A DNA stretch of 35,002 bases, taken from IMG/VR virus record IMGVR_UViG_2534681936_000014, positions 1 through 35,002 of that record; one strand, 5' to 3'. The notes under the pieces were generated by a model. The model had not been told where the DNA came from. It made no database searches and saw nothing but the letters and a program-made list of their open reading frames with translations. The position numbers and the translations under genes were made by a program. This DNA comes from a virus. Taxonomy: Duplodnaviria > Heunggongvirae > Uroviricota > Caudoviricetes. Below are positions 7,275-15,773 of this stretch, piece by piece; the first letter of the stretch is position 1, and the number at the start of each line of letters is the position of its first letter.

Positions 7275-7877
7275 TTATTTAGAGGACTTACATTTTATCG
7301 GAAAAAGTTCTCCATCGTCAACCGACATAAAGAACTCTGCCTTAATCCCGTACTTCTTCAACCGTGAATAATATGTACCCCGACTAATATCAACCTTGCG
7401 CAGCACTTCGAAGAACTCTTTAGGATTCCTGTAATAGTGGCTATATCGCACGTTAGCGAGTTCTACAAACAATTCCCTTGTATCACCATAGCCTTTCTTG
7501 AAAGCCACGTTACGATAGCGTGTAATGGCATGATTCAATCTCTTCTGTTTAAGCACTTCCCTGATCGGTGTCCACTGCAACCGATAGATCGGACCGTCAT
7601 CCACTCGATAATAACGCTTGATATCAAAATCAAACCATTCACGGACTCGCTGAAACTCTGTCTGTGATGTTCGGTGCTTCTTAAAGAAGTTGTGAATATC
7701 TGTATATCCCTGATCGCGATACAACTCTATTAAAATTTGCTTCGCTTCCTCGCGACTAAAGCCGGATGTTGTGTAATCAGTCTTCTTGTGATGGTGCTTA
7801 ACTGGCAAACGATATTCATGATCGGTACAAGACAAGGCTAATTCTAATTCATCTCTTTCTTGCTGATTAATTAGCAT
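7275..7877 (-). CDS. Protein with two tandem copies of the same Hin-like HTH module (200 aa)
   Basis: ATG at 7877 with AAAGGGGG RBS; contains [29 protein letters not shown] and [20 protein letters not shown]...[13 protein letters not shown], both similar to the 3770 and 7015 products. Confidence 0.55.
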   Translation of the reverse strand: MLINQQERDELELALSCTDHEYRLPVKHHHKKTDYTTSGFSREEAKQILIELYRDQGYTDIHNFFKKHRTSQTEFQRVREWFDFDIKRYYRVDDGPIYRLQWTPIREVLKQKRLNHAITRYRNVAFKKGYGDTRELFVELANVRYSHYYRNPKEFFEVLRKVDISRGTYYSRLKKYGIKAEFFMSVDDGELFPIKCKSSK

Positions 7878-7962
7878 ACAACCCCCTTTGATTAATACCC
7901 GTATTTATCAAAATATCAACAATTTAATAAATACCTTCCTATTTCGTAATGAGGGTAATTAC

Positions 7963-9870
7963 ATGAAACTGATTTCTAATAAGGCAAAATTAAAAAAGAT
8001 TCTCAGAAATGCAGCCAAATATATTACGCCACCGCCTAAACTCCTTCCGTCTGAATGGTGCGAAGCTAATATGGTGCTGGTAGATGGTCCTCAAGCTGGG
8101 GATAAAGTTAAATTGTTGTCATTCCAGAAAGGTATGATTGATGCTCCTTTCCTTGAGAACAAGAAAAAGTATGTCCTGATGACCAGTGCGCAGATCGGAA
8201 AAACTACCATCCTAAACGGTATCCTGTTTAACCAGATGGCTAACGATCCATGCAATATGATTATCGGACAATCAACCGCTAAAGAAATGTCTCAATATCT
8301 CGCTGGTAAGATCCGACCGTCTATCGAAGCATGTGATGCATTAAAAGACGTGGTTACAGACAAGAATGATCGCAATGCAGTTAACAACAATAACCAACTC
8401 CAGCTAAAAACGAATCACTTCCTGTACATGGTATCGCTTACCAGTCCATCAACCCTACGCGGTAAGACCGCAAAGGTTGGATTACTTGACGAAATCGATG
8501 CTGCCACAGCCTCAGAAGAAGGTGATCCGGTGGCACTGGCTGCTAACCGTTTAACTACCTTTGGCGATGAAGGTCGATTAGTCGTATCCAGTACCCCGAC
8601 CAGTAAGCTGGGAAGCATTAACCAGCAATGGTTATCAAGCGATATGCGTATGTTTTTTGTTCCGTGTCCTCATTGCGGGGAACACCAGGTGATCGAGTGG
8701 GAAAACGTACAGTTTGAATGGCGTAACATCGATGGTAAGAACTTACCCGATCCTGATACCGCTCGTTATATTTGCCCCCACTGTAAGAACGCATGGACCG
8801 AAGGGGAACGAATCAGGGCAGTAGCACAAGGCGAGTGGAGAGCAACCCGTGAAAGTGAAGTAGCCGGATTCTGGATCAGTCGTCTGTATTCACCTTTCAG
8901 CACGATCCGCGCTTGTGTGGTTGATTTTAGTCATGCGTGGCAATCCTTTGATTTACAATCATTTTATAACACCGTATTAGGCAAGGTATACGACGATCAG
9001 GACACGGCAGTAGAAGCAAATGAACTGGAACAACTCAAAACAGATGTTTCTATCGAGAATATCCCTGATGACGTGATTTTCTTGTGCTCAGGAATTGACC
9101 AGCAATTAGACCGCGCAGAGTCTACCATCTTAGGTGTAGCGAAAGATAAGGTTTACATTCTGGATCACCGCAGCTTTTACGATCATAACTGTGAACGATA
9201 TGAATCACCTGTTTGGGATCGTCTGGTTAACTTCAAGAAAACCAAATTCTATAACGTTAATGGTGAACGTGTGCCAATGCTCGCCAGCTTCCTTGATACA
9301 TCGAACGGTCGATTCACTCAAGCCGGATACCGTATTTGCGGCAAGTGGAAGAACCTACACGCTATCAAGGGTAGTTCATCTGGTAATGCTCCAGTAATTC
9401 CGGTTAAACCTACCCGCACAGGTGGTCATGAATTGCTTATGTTGGGTGTTAACGTTGGTAAATCCGCTGTTCGTGAAATGCTGGTTAGAAACCTGAAAGA
9501 CAATCCTCACATCGGCTTAGAAATATCAGAAACCGTTCCTGATGATTATCTCGATCAGCTTTTGAGTGAATCCATCAAGCGTACTACTACAGGTGTGCGT
9601 TGGGTGAAAAATCCAGGTAGTACCCGAAACGAGGCTCTCGACTGTCTGGTTTATAGCTATGCTGCTTCTCGCTACGTCCTTTCAAAAATGTCATGGGATA
9701 AACTCATTGCAATGAAAGACAGCTTAAACCGTGTTGTCGAAGAATCCGTAGAAGCTCCTAAATCGCAATCTGACGAGCAAATCGAAGAAACTAAGCCAAT
9801 CACACGACCGCAACGTCAAAACATCGCCAGACGCCCAAATAGAGGCCGTAGCTGGGTAACATCGTTCTAA
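7963..9870 (+). CDS. Terminase large subunit (GpA-like)
   Basis: 635 aa from ATG 7963 with GAGGGTAA RBS (ORF-track start 7888 is a TTG); Walker [12 protein letters not shown]; Cys-rich zinc-ribbon-like segments CPHCGEH...CPHCKNAW; size and gene order match a lambda-type large terminase. Confidence 0.88.
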   Translation: MKLISNKAKLKKILRNAAKYITPPPKLLPSEWCEANMVLVDGPQAGDKVKLLSFQKGMIDAPFLENKKKYVLMTSAQIGKTTILNGILFNQMANDPCNMIIGQSTAKEMSQYLAGKIRPSIEACDALKDVVTDKNDRNAVNNNNQLQLKTNHFLYMVSLTSPSTLRGKTAKVGLLDEIDAATASEEGDPVALAANRLTTFGDEGRLVVSSTPTSKLGSINQQWLSSDMRMFFVPCPHCGEHQVIEWENVQFEWRNIDGKNLPDPDTARYICPHCKNAWTEGERIRAVAQGEWRATRESEVAGFWISRLYSPFSTIRACVVDFSHAWQSFDLQSFYNTVLGKVYDDQDTAVEANELEQLKTDVSIENIPDDVIFLCSGIDQQLDRAESTILGVAKDKVYILDHRSFYDHNCERYESPVWDRLVNFKKTKFYNVNGERVPMLASFLDTSNGRFTQAGYRICGKWKNLHAIKGSSSGNAPVIPVKPTRTGGHELLMLGVNVGKSAVREMLVRNLKDNPHIGLEISETVPDDYLDQLLSESIKRTTTGVRWVKNPGSTRNEALDCLVYSYAASRYVLSKMSWDKLIAMKDSLNRVVEESVEAPKSQSDEQIEETKPITRPQRQNIARRPNRGRSWVTSF

Positions 9871-9942
9871 TAACTCGCCGTCCTTCGGGGCGGCCTCCCC
9901 CTAAATATTGTTAATCCAATAACAATTAAATAAGGGGTAATT

Positions 9943-10437
9943 ATGAGTTTAGAACTAATTCCCTTAGTAATTCGTAAAGGCGAAAAAATCACGCTGGCGA
10001 ATGAAGAGGGTGTAACAATTCAGGTAGGAAATGGTAAAGGTATCATTTATCAGGTTGATGATACTCCGGCTAATCACGAGATTAAAACCTTAGATTTTGC
10101 CGAAGGTAAATATACCATCGTAATAACTTTGGAAGAAGAACTGGTATCAATGCAGGAATTAACTGTTTTGCCAGTATTCGCCAAACAATCCAAAAAAGAA
10201 TATCTGCGCGAAACGATTTCTGTAATCGAGCAAGTTATTTTCGCCAGGCTATCGGGGGACGAGGCCGCATTATCTCAAATGACAGTGAAAGGGAATACTT
10301 TCGCTTATGAGTCATTAGGTGTTCTCCAGCAATTAAAGACTGATTATGAACGTCAGTTATCAAAATTAATTCAAGCCGAACGACGTAAACAGGGAATTAG
10401 CCCGATTAAAAATATCAAATTACGTCTTACGCGATAA
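9943..10437 (+). CDS. Hypothetical head-associated protein (164 aa) between terminase and portal
   Basis: AAGGGGTAA RBS; position corresponds to the head-tail joining slot of lambda-like phages; no motif recognised. Confidence 0.5.
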   Translation: MSLELIPLVIRKGEKITLANEEGVTIQVGNGKGIIYQVDDTPANHEIKTLDFAEGKYTIVITLEEELVSMQELTVLPVFAKQSKKEYLRETISVIEQVIFARLSGDEAALSQMTVKGNTFAYESLGVLQQLKTDYERQLSKLIQAERRKQGISPIKNIKLRLTR

Positions 10438-10447
10438 GGGGTAAATC

Positions 10448-11959
10448 ATGTTTAATCTTTTTCGACGCAAAAAGGCGGTAGAAACTCCAGTTAAAACTAA
10501 TCACCGCCAGCAACAACCAAAAATTTTCATCGACAAACAAGTAGAAAAATTCCAGAAAGATTTGTCTAAGCGTTCTTTGGGCTTAGTAGGTGATCGCATT
10601 GATGGATCGCTTCAACAAGATACTATCACAGGAACCTTCAATAAGGCTCTCAAATCGAATGGTAAGCGCCTTTATGATCAGGGTCGTACTCTGGCCTTAA
10701 ACACTTCCGTAGGCAGTCGCTACACGCAATACATCACCGATATGGTGGTAGGTACTGGCCTAGATCCGAAGCCGTCAATCGTTAAATCAAATGGCACACT
10801 TGATAGCGCACTGAATAAGCAGATCGAGAATGCTTTCTGGAAGTGGGCGCAGAATGCTAAACGCTTCTCTCGTAACGGTCGCTTTAACTTCCGTGAACTG
10901 CTGGTAATGGCTGAACGTGAGCGCGTTATGGGTGGTGAGTGCTTCATCGTTTTAACCAAAGAAAACAATGAGTTAAATGTTTCTATCCTGTCTGCTGATA
11001 AATGCGACTGGTCGCTAAACCGTGAAGTAAGCAAAGAGCGTGCTATCTATCAGGGGATCGAGTATGACGTGGAAACGATGAAGCCCGTAGCATTCTGGTT
11101 TCGTAAAGTCAACCTACTGACTCAGACTTACACAGGTGATAACTATCGCGTAGATGCTTCGCAAGTATGCCATTATTATCAACCACTTGCGGCTGAATCT
11201 CTGCGTGGTGTGACTGACTTCCTACCAGTGATTAAGGATATCGCACATCAAGACGCATTCCGCGAAACTGCGATCATCCAGAAACGTATTGCAGCTAGCT
11301 CTATGGGCTTTATCGAACGTCCGAAAGATTCTGGTGACGATTTTGATACTGGTGAAGAGGATGAACAATATCAAGCGCCGGAAGTAGTACAGGATTTTGC
11401 ACCGGGTACTATTCAGGAATTGCCGGAAGGGGCAACGATCAGGAGCATCCAGGCGACGCAAAACGGTGATGACTTTAACAGCTTCAATGATGCGATGTTT
11501 ACTAGCGTATCAATGGGCTTAGGCGTGTTTAAACAGGGCTTAACGGGAGATTGTTCACAGATCAACTACTCAGCCGCACGTTTTGGTGAACTACTTCAAC
11601 GTAACCGCGTTAAAGCACTTCAAAACAAATTGATTGAAACAGTGGTGTTGCCAATTTTCGAAGCGTATCTGCGTCATTATTCCGCGCGTGGTGTTGTTCC
11701 GATTCGTATTACTGCAATTCCACATATTATCGATAACACTACTATTATCAGGCCACGTTTCGAGTCTGTCGATGTTATTAAAGACGTAAACGCTGATATT
11801 GCTTTAATTGATAAAGGACTTAAATCACGTACTGCCGTTATTCTTGAACGTGGTGATGATCCTGAAAAAGTATTCTCAGAGATTCAAGCCGAAAAGAGCG
11901 CACTAAATATTATCGTTGATGGTGAGGGTGAAGAAAAAAATTCCCCAGCCGATCCCTAA
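10448..11959 (+). CDS. Portal protein
   Basis: 503 aa directly downstream of the terminase block, AAGGGGTAA RBS, acidic C-terminus; size and position typical of lambda-family portal proteins. Confidence 0.8.
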   Translation: MFNLFRRKKAVETPVKTNHRQQQPKIFIDKQVEKFQKDLSKRSLGLVGDRIDGSLQQDTITGTFNKALKSNGKRLYDQGRTLALNTSVGSRYTQYITDMVVGTGLDPKPSIVKSNGTLDSALNKQIENAFWKWAQNAKRFSRNGRFNFRELLVMAERERVMGGECFIVLTKENNELNVSILSADKCDWSLNREVSKERAIYQGIEYDVETMKPVAFWFRKVNLLTQTYTGDNYRVDASQVCHYYQPLAAESLRGVTDFLPVIKDIAHQDAFRETAIIQKRIAASSMGFIERPKDSGDDFDTGEEDEQYQAPEVVQDFAPGTIQELPEGATIRSIQATQNGDDFNSFNDAMFTSVSMGLGVFKQGLTGDCSQINYSAARFGELLQRNRVKALQNKLIETVVLPIFEAYLRHYSARGVVPIRITAIPHIIDNTTIIRPRFESVDVIKDVNADIALIDKGLKSRTAVILERGDDPEKVFSEIQAEKSALNIIVDGEGEEKNSPADP

Positions 11960-12004
11960 TAACCAACGGGGGCGCAATGCCCCCAATTAATTAAAGGTGA
12001 TTAA

Positions 12005-14011
12005 ATGCTTAAATTTCGCCGCGATCTTAACGGTTACGGTGGGGTTATTAACGAAGGGCAGAATGATCAATACGAATTTGAAATTGCTTTCTCCAGTGAA
12101 CAGCCTTATCAGCGCCGATTCTGGGATGAGCAAAATCAAGAAATGGTGGTATTAGATGAAATTCTGGTACATACACCGGAAGCGGTTGATCTGTCTCGTC
12201 TGAATAATAACGCTCCGTTGCTGTTCAATCATATTTTCGATAATCACATTGGTGTCGTTTGTAACGCTCGAATCGATGCGGATAAAGTAGGCCGTGCGAC
12301 CGTTAGATTCTCTAAGCATGGCACTTTGGCTAATGATATTCGTAATAAAGTCATTGAAGGTACGATGGAAAAAATATCGGTCGGCTATGACATTAAAGAG
12401 TATCACATCGACTACGCTAAATCGCAACTCATTGTTTCTAAATGGATTCCTCACGAGGTTTCATGGGTGTCTGTTCCCGCAGACGACACCGTGGGTCTGA
12501 ATCGCTCTCTAAATACTATCACAGTTAATTTGGAGGCTAAACGCGATATGACTAAAGAACAAATCGAAGAAATCAAAGAAGAACAAGAAGCCGCTCAGGT
12601 TGAAGAAACTCCGGTAGAAGAAATTAAAGAACCGGAAGTAGAAGAAACTCAAGAGCGCCAAGTTGAAGAGAATAAAGAAGATGAAAATCTCGAAGACGGA
12701 AAAGACGCTGAACATCCTGAAAGTGTTGATGATGATAGTTCAACTGTTCGGGAAACAGAAGAAGTAAAAGAAGAACGTGAAGCCGCTCCGGTTGAAGAAG
12801 AAAAAATCGAAGAAGTGGCTGAACGTTCCGAAGAAGACGAAGAAGAAATCCGAGCAATCGCTCGTGAGTTAAATATTAACGACGAAGAATTAGAACGCGC
12901 ATTGGCAGTTAAAGATATGACGCCGGAAGCATTCCGCACTAAGGCACTAAATAACATTACCAATGCTCAACGTAATAACGAACAAATTAATAAGGAACAA
13001 ATCATGGAAAAAACTTTCGATCTTAATAACGTAATCCGCTCCCTGGTAGATGGCGACGTGCTCGGCGCTAACGAAGCTGAATATTCCGCTATGGCTGCTA
13101 CTGCAACTATGCAGCGTGGTCGTGCTGCTCGTGGTGGCTCTGTATTCGTTCCGGCTGCTGCTATGCGTGCTGCTGCTGCTGGTAACACCAAAGCTACTCT
13201 GGAAGCTATCACTGACGAAAAACTGATGACTGAATCCTACATCGAAATGCTGATGCCGGAATCTGTTCTGGGTCGTCTGGGTGTGACTGTTTACAGTGGC
13301 TTGAACTCCCCGACCGCTATTCCAAAAATGACTAAATCCAGCGTTGACGCTTTCGGCTTCGTTGATGAAAACGGCGCTGCACCGGAAAGCAAAGCTGAAT
13401 TTGCGAACGTGAAACTGTCTCCGAAAACTTTTGCTGGTGGCAACCCGATCAGCCGTCAGTCGCTGAAAACCGTTCCGGGTATCGCTTCCCTGATCACTGA
13501 TCACATTAACAAAGCTGTTCGTATCAAACTGGAACAACTGATTCTGTCTGACAAAGACAACGAGCGCGGTCCGGCTGGTCTGGTTAAGCAACTGGTTGAT
13601 GCAAGCCGTGTTACTAAGAAAGCCGCTTTCTCTTATAAAGACTTCCTGAAAGAAATTGCAGCACTGACCGACGCTGGCGTTCCTGCTCAGGCGATCAAGT
13701 TTGCAATGAGCGGTGCAACTGCTGCTGAACTGGAATCTACCCTGAAAGATAACGGCGTTTCCGGTTATATCATCGAAAACGGCAAACTGGCTGGTTACGA
13801 AGTAATTACTTCTGGCGTTATTCCGGCAGACCACATCGTTCTGGGTGACTTCTCCGGTATTACTATCGGTGAGTGGGGCGGTCTGGAACTGGATATGGAT
13901 CTAACTACATACCGTGACCGTGGTGCGGTAGTGCCTCGTATCTTTGTAGATTTGGACTACGTTGTAGCACAGCCGGAAGCTCTGAAAGTTCTTCACATCT
14001 CCGCTGAATGA
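12005..14011 (+). CDS. Prohead protease fused to major capsid protein (protease - acidic linker - capsid) in one ORF
   Basis: 668-aa uninterrupted frame; N-terminal about 170 aa with HK97-type prohead protease features (ISVGY...EVSWVSVPADDTVG); E-rich linker 12540-12900; C-terminal about 300 aa with strongly biased highly-expressed codon usage and capsid-like sequence; strong terminator downstream. Confidence 0.75.
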   Translation: MLKFRRDLNGYGGVINEGQNDQYEFEIAFSSEQPYQRRFWDEQNQEMVVLDEILVHTPEAVDLSRLNNNAPLLFNHIFDNHIGVVCNARIDADKVGRATVRFSKHGTLANDIRNKVIEGTMEKISVGYDIKEYHIDYAKSQLIVSKWIPHEVSWVSVPADDTVGLNRSLNTITVNLEAKRDMTKEQIEEIKEEQEAAQVEETPVEEIKEPEVEETQERQVEENKEDENLEDGKDAEHPESVDDDSSTVRETEEVKEEREAAPVEEEKIEEVAERSEEDEEEIRAIARELNINDEELERALAVKDMTPEAFRTKALNNITNAQRNNEQINKEQIMEKTFDLNNVIRSLVDGDVLGANEAEYSAMAATATMQRGRAARGGSVFVPAAAMRAAAAGNTKATLEAITDEKLMTESYIEMLMPESVLGRLGVTVYSGLNSPTAIPKMTKSSVDAFGFVDENGAAPESKAEFANVKLSPKTFAGGNPISRQSLKTVPGIASLITDHINKAVRIKLEQLILSDKDNERGPAGLVKQLVDASRVTKKAAFSYKDFLKEIAALTDAGVPAQAIKFAMSGATAAELESTLKDNGVSGYIIENGKLAGYEVITSGVIPADHIVLGDFSGITIGEWGGLELDMDLTTYRDRGAVVPRIFVDLDYVVAQPEALKVLHISAE

Positions 14012-14103
14012 AATAACGAAGAATTGCCGGAAGAAATTCCGGTAGTTACGGCGAAAGCCACAGCTAAAAAGGTGGGACGTCCACCGAAAGCAAAATAATA
14101 ATT

Positions 14104-14131
14104 AGCCCTGCCTAACGGTGGGGCTTTTTTG
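14104..14131 (+). terminator. Rho-independent terminator downstream of the capsid gene
   Basis: Hairpin AGCCC...GGGCT followed by TTTTTTG. Confidence 0.65.
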
Positions 14132-14160
14132 TATGTAAATACTCCATAAAGGGGGTAACT

Positions 14161-14451
14161 ATGTTCAAATTATCAGAATCACAATTAAATCGAATGTTTA
14201 AAAGTGCTCCTGTATTTTCGGTGGAAGGTGGTAAATCAATTCGTGCTTACCATGAAATTACTACTACCGACGAACAAGGGGTAATTACAGAATCAGAATT
14301 TCTATTTTGTCGTGAGGGAGACTTAAATCAGGGTGATGTTGTCATTGTAGACGGTGAACGCTTCAAAGTTCAATACGTTAAGCGCAATGGTGATAATACT
14401 TCTGATTGCTTTATTGCTCGTGCAGGGGGTACACATGCTCGCTACCGTTAA
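14161..14451 (+). CDS. Putative head completion / head-tail connector protein (96 aa)
   Basis: AAAGGGGGTAA RBS; position immediately after the capsid gene; assignment positional only. Confidence 0.5.
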   Translation: MFKLSESQLNRMFKSAPVFSVEGGKSIRAYHEITTTDEQGVITESEFLFCREGDLNQGDVVIVDGERFKVQYVKRNGDNTSDCFIARAGGTHARYR

Positions 14452-14857
14452 TAATATGCCTAGACTGAAAATCAAACGCGCCTTGCAGGATATTATCGAA
14501 CAAGATTTAGGTCTGGCTTTAAACGTAGAACAAACTCAGCAAGGCTTTAGTGATGACGTGGTTTGTTGGATTACCGGAATGAATGAGACTTATACGCGTG
14601 TTCGTGGTGGTAATGCAATGCAAGCTGAATGCGTTATCGAAATGCAGTTATATTCTCAGATTCATGAAACGAAAATTCATGAGGGTATTTGCCAGATAAT
14701 CCAGATTCAGCCGGATAACCCACGTTTTAAAGATTTGGGCTTCGCTATTTCAGATATCACTCCAGTAGCTTCTAATACCGATTATGACGATGATTCTAGT
14801 GATGGGGGTATCGTTGGGACACTTAGCCTTAAATTTTCTTATGTAGCGCGTTTTTAA
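14435..14857 (+). CDS. Putative head-tail joining / tail completion protein (140 aa)
   Basis: ATG at 14435 with AGGGGG RBS, overlapping the upstream gene by 17 nt (the ORF-track start at 14354 lacks an RBS); positional assignment. Confidence 0.5.
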   Translation: MLATVNNMPRLKIKRALQDIIEQDLGLALNVEQTQQGFSDDVVCWITGMNETYTRVRGGNAMQAECVIEMQLYSQIHETKIHEGICQIIQIQPDNPRFKDLGFAISDITPVASNTDYDDDSSDGGIVGTLSLKFSYVARF

Positions 14858-14866
14858 GGGGTAATA

Positions 14867-15700
14867 ATGAATATTACACAAGATAACTTAGACATTTTCA
14901 CGGGGTCGCATGTTGAAGTCTCCGTGTCTACTATGGTGGATAACCAGCCGGACTTTTTCGATCCTGCATTTAGTCCTATCGAGAACATCGCAGCATTCCC
15001 GACGATAACCGAATCTACAGAGATCCAGACGTTAGAAGAGTATGATCAGGACGCTACGGGGAAACTTGCTGGTTATCGTAAACTTGAATCAACTACGTTA
15101 GTAGTAAACCGTGTTCTGGATGACGAACATCAAGACATGTTGATGAAAGCGGTAGAGGATAAAACACCTTTACGCTTCCGAATGTTCTATGTTGTGAACT
15201 CTGGCTATAGTGCTGCTAACACTGGTTACTATGTCATCTATGATGCTTACGTCACATCACATAAAACCCGTGGTAGCGATAACAAAGCGGTAACACTGGA
15301 ATTTAAACTTGAACCAGATGGCGGGATTCTTGCAAGGGGTATCGCGACCGAGGGAAAAATTCTGCGACAAGGGGATTATGGCGTAGGCTCAGGCGTTAGC
15401 CCATTCATAGGTCCGATTGATAGCGAAGCATTAGCCGGAAACCGTTTCGTAACTTATCAGGGATCGAGCGCATCTAATCCATTTAGTGCTGATACTTCAC
15501 TAATTCACGTTCAACCTAATGACGATGGTGGATGGCAATTAACTTGCACCGCTTCCGGCGCACCACGTTTACGAGTTCGCACAGTCCAGAAAGACGGTAA
15601 TTCTGGATGGGTGAAAGTGTATTCCACGGAAGAAAAACCGACACCAGCCGAGATTGAAGCCGTTTCTATCCATGACCGGATCGACTTCGGGGAATACTGA
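14867..15700 (+). CDS. Virion structural protein (277 aa) with C-terminal Ig-like region carrying a KPTPAEI motif shared with the tail fiber
   Basis: AAGGGGTAA RBS; C-terminal EEKPTPAEIEAVSIH resembles GDKPTPAEIGAYSKAEID in the 15774 fiber; could be a tail-tube-with-Ig protein or a decoration protein. Confidence 0.5.
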   Translation: MNITQDNLDIFTGSHVEVSVSTMVDNQPDFFDPAFSPIENIAAFPTITESTEIQTLEEYDQDATGKLAGYRKLESTTLVVNRVLDDEHQDMLMKAVEDKTPLRFRMFYVVNSGYSAANTGYYVIYDAYVTSHKTRGSDNKAVTLEFKLEPDGGILARGIATEGKILRQGDYGVGSGVSPFIGPIDSEALAGNRFVTYQGSSASNPFSADTSLIHVQPNDDGGWQLTCTASGAPRLRVRTVQKDGNSGWVKVYSTEEKPTPAEIEAVSIHDRIDFGEY

Positions 15701-15723
15701 TTGCTTCTCTAAATAAAACATGA

Positions 15724-15760
15724 CGCGGGGAGGTTAACGCCTCCCTTATTCCTGTTTTAT
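15724..15760 (+). terminator. Hairpin (GGGAGG-TTAACG-CCTCCC) followed by T-rich tract; terminator or attenuator upstream of the fiber gene
   Basis: Read directly; followed by TTATTCCTGTTTT. Confidence 0.45.
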
Positions 15761-15773
15761 GTGAGGTGATTAG

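Noticed and set aside
12947-13834. 295-aa minus-strand ORF inside the capsid gene, and neighbouring minus-strand ORFs (12509-12715, 12624-12857, 12649-12963)
   Set aside because: Antisense to the protease-capsid ORF; Ser/Phe-rich low-complexity translations typical of the reverse frame of a highly biased gene.
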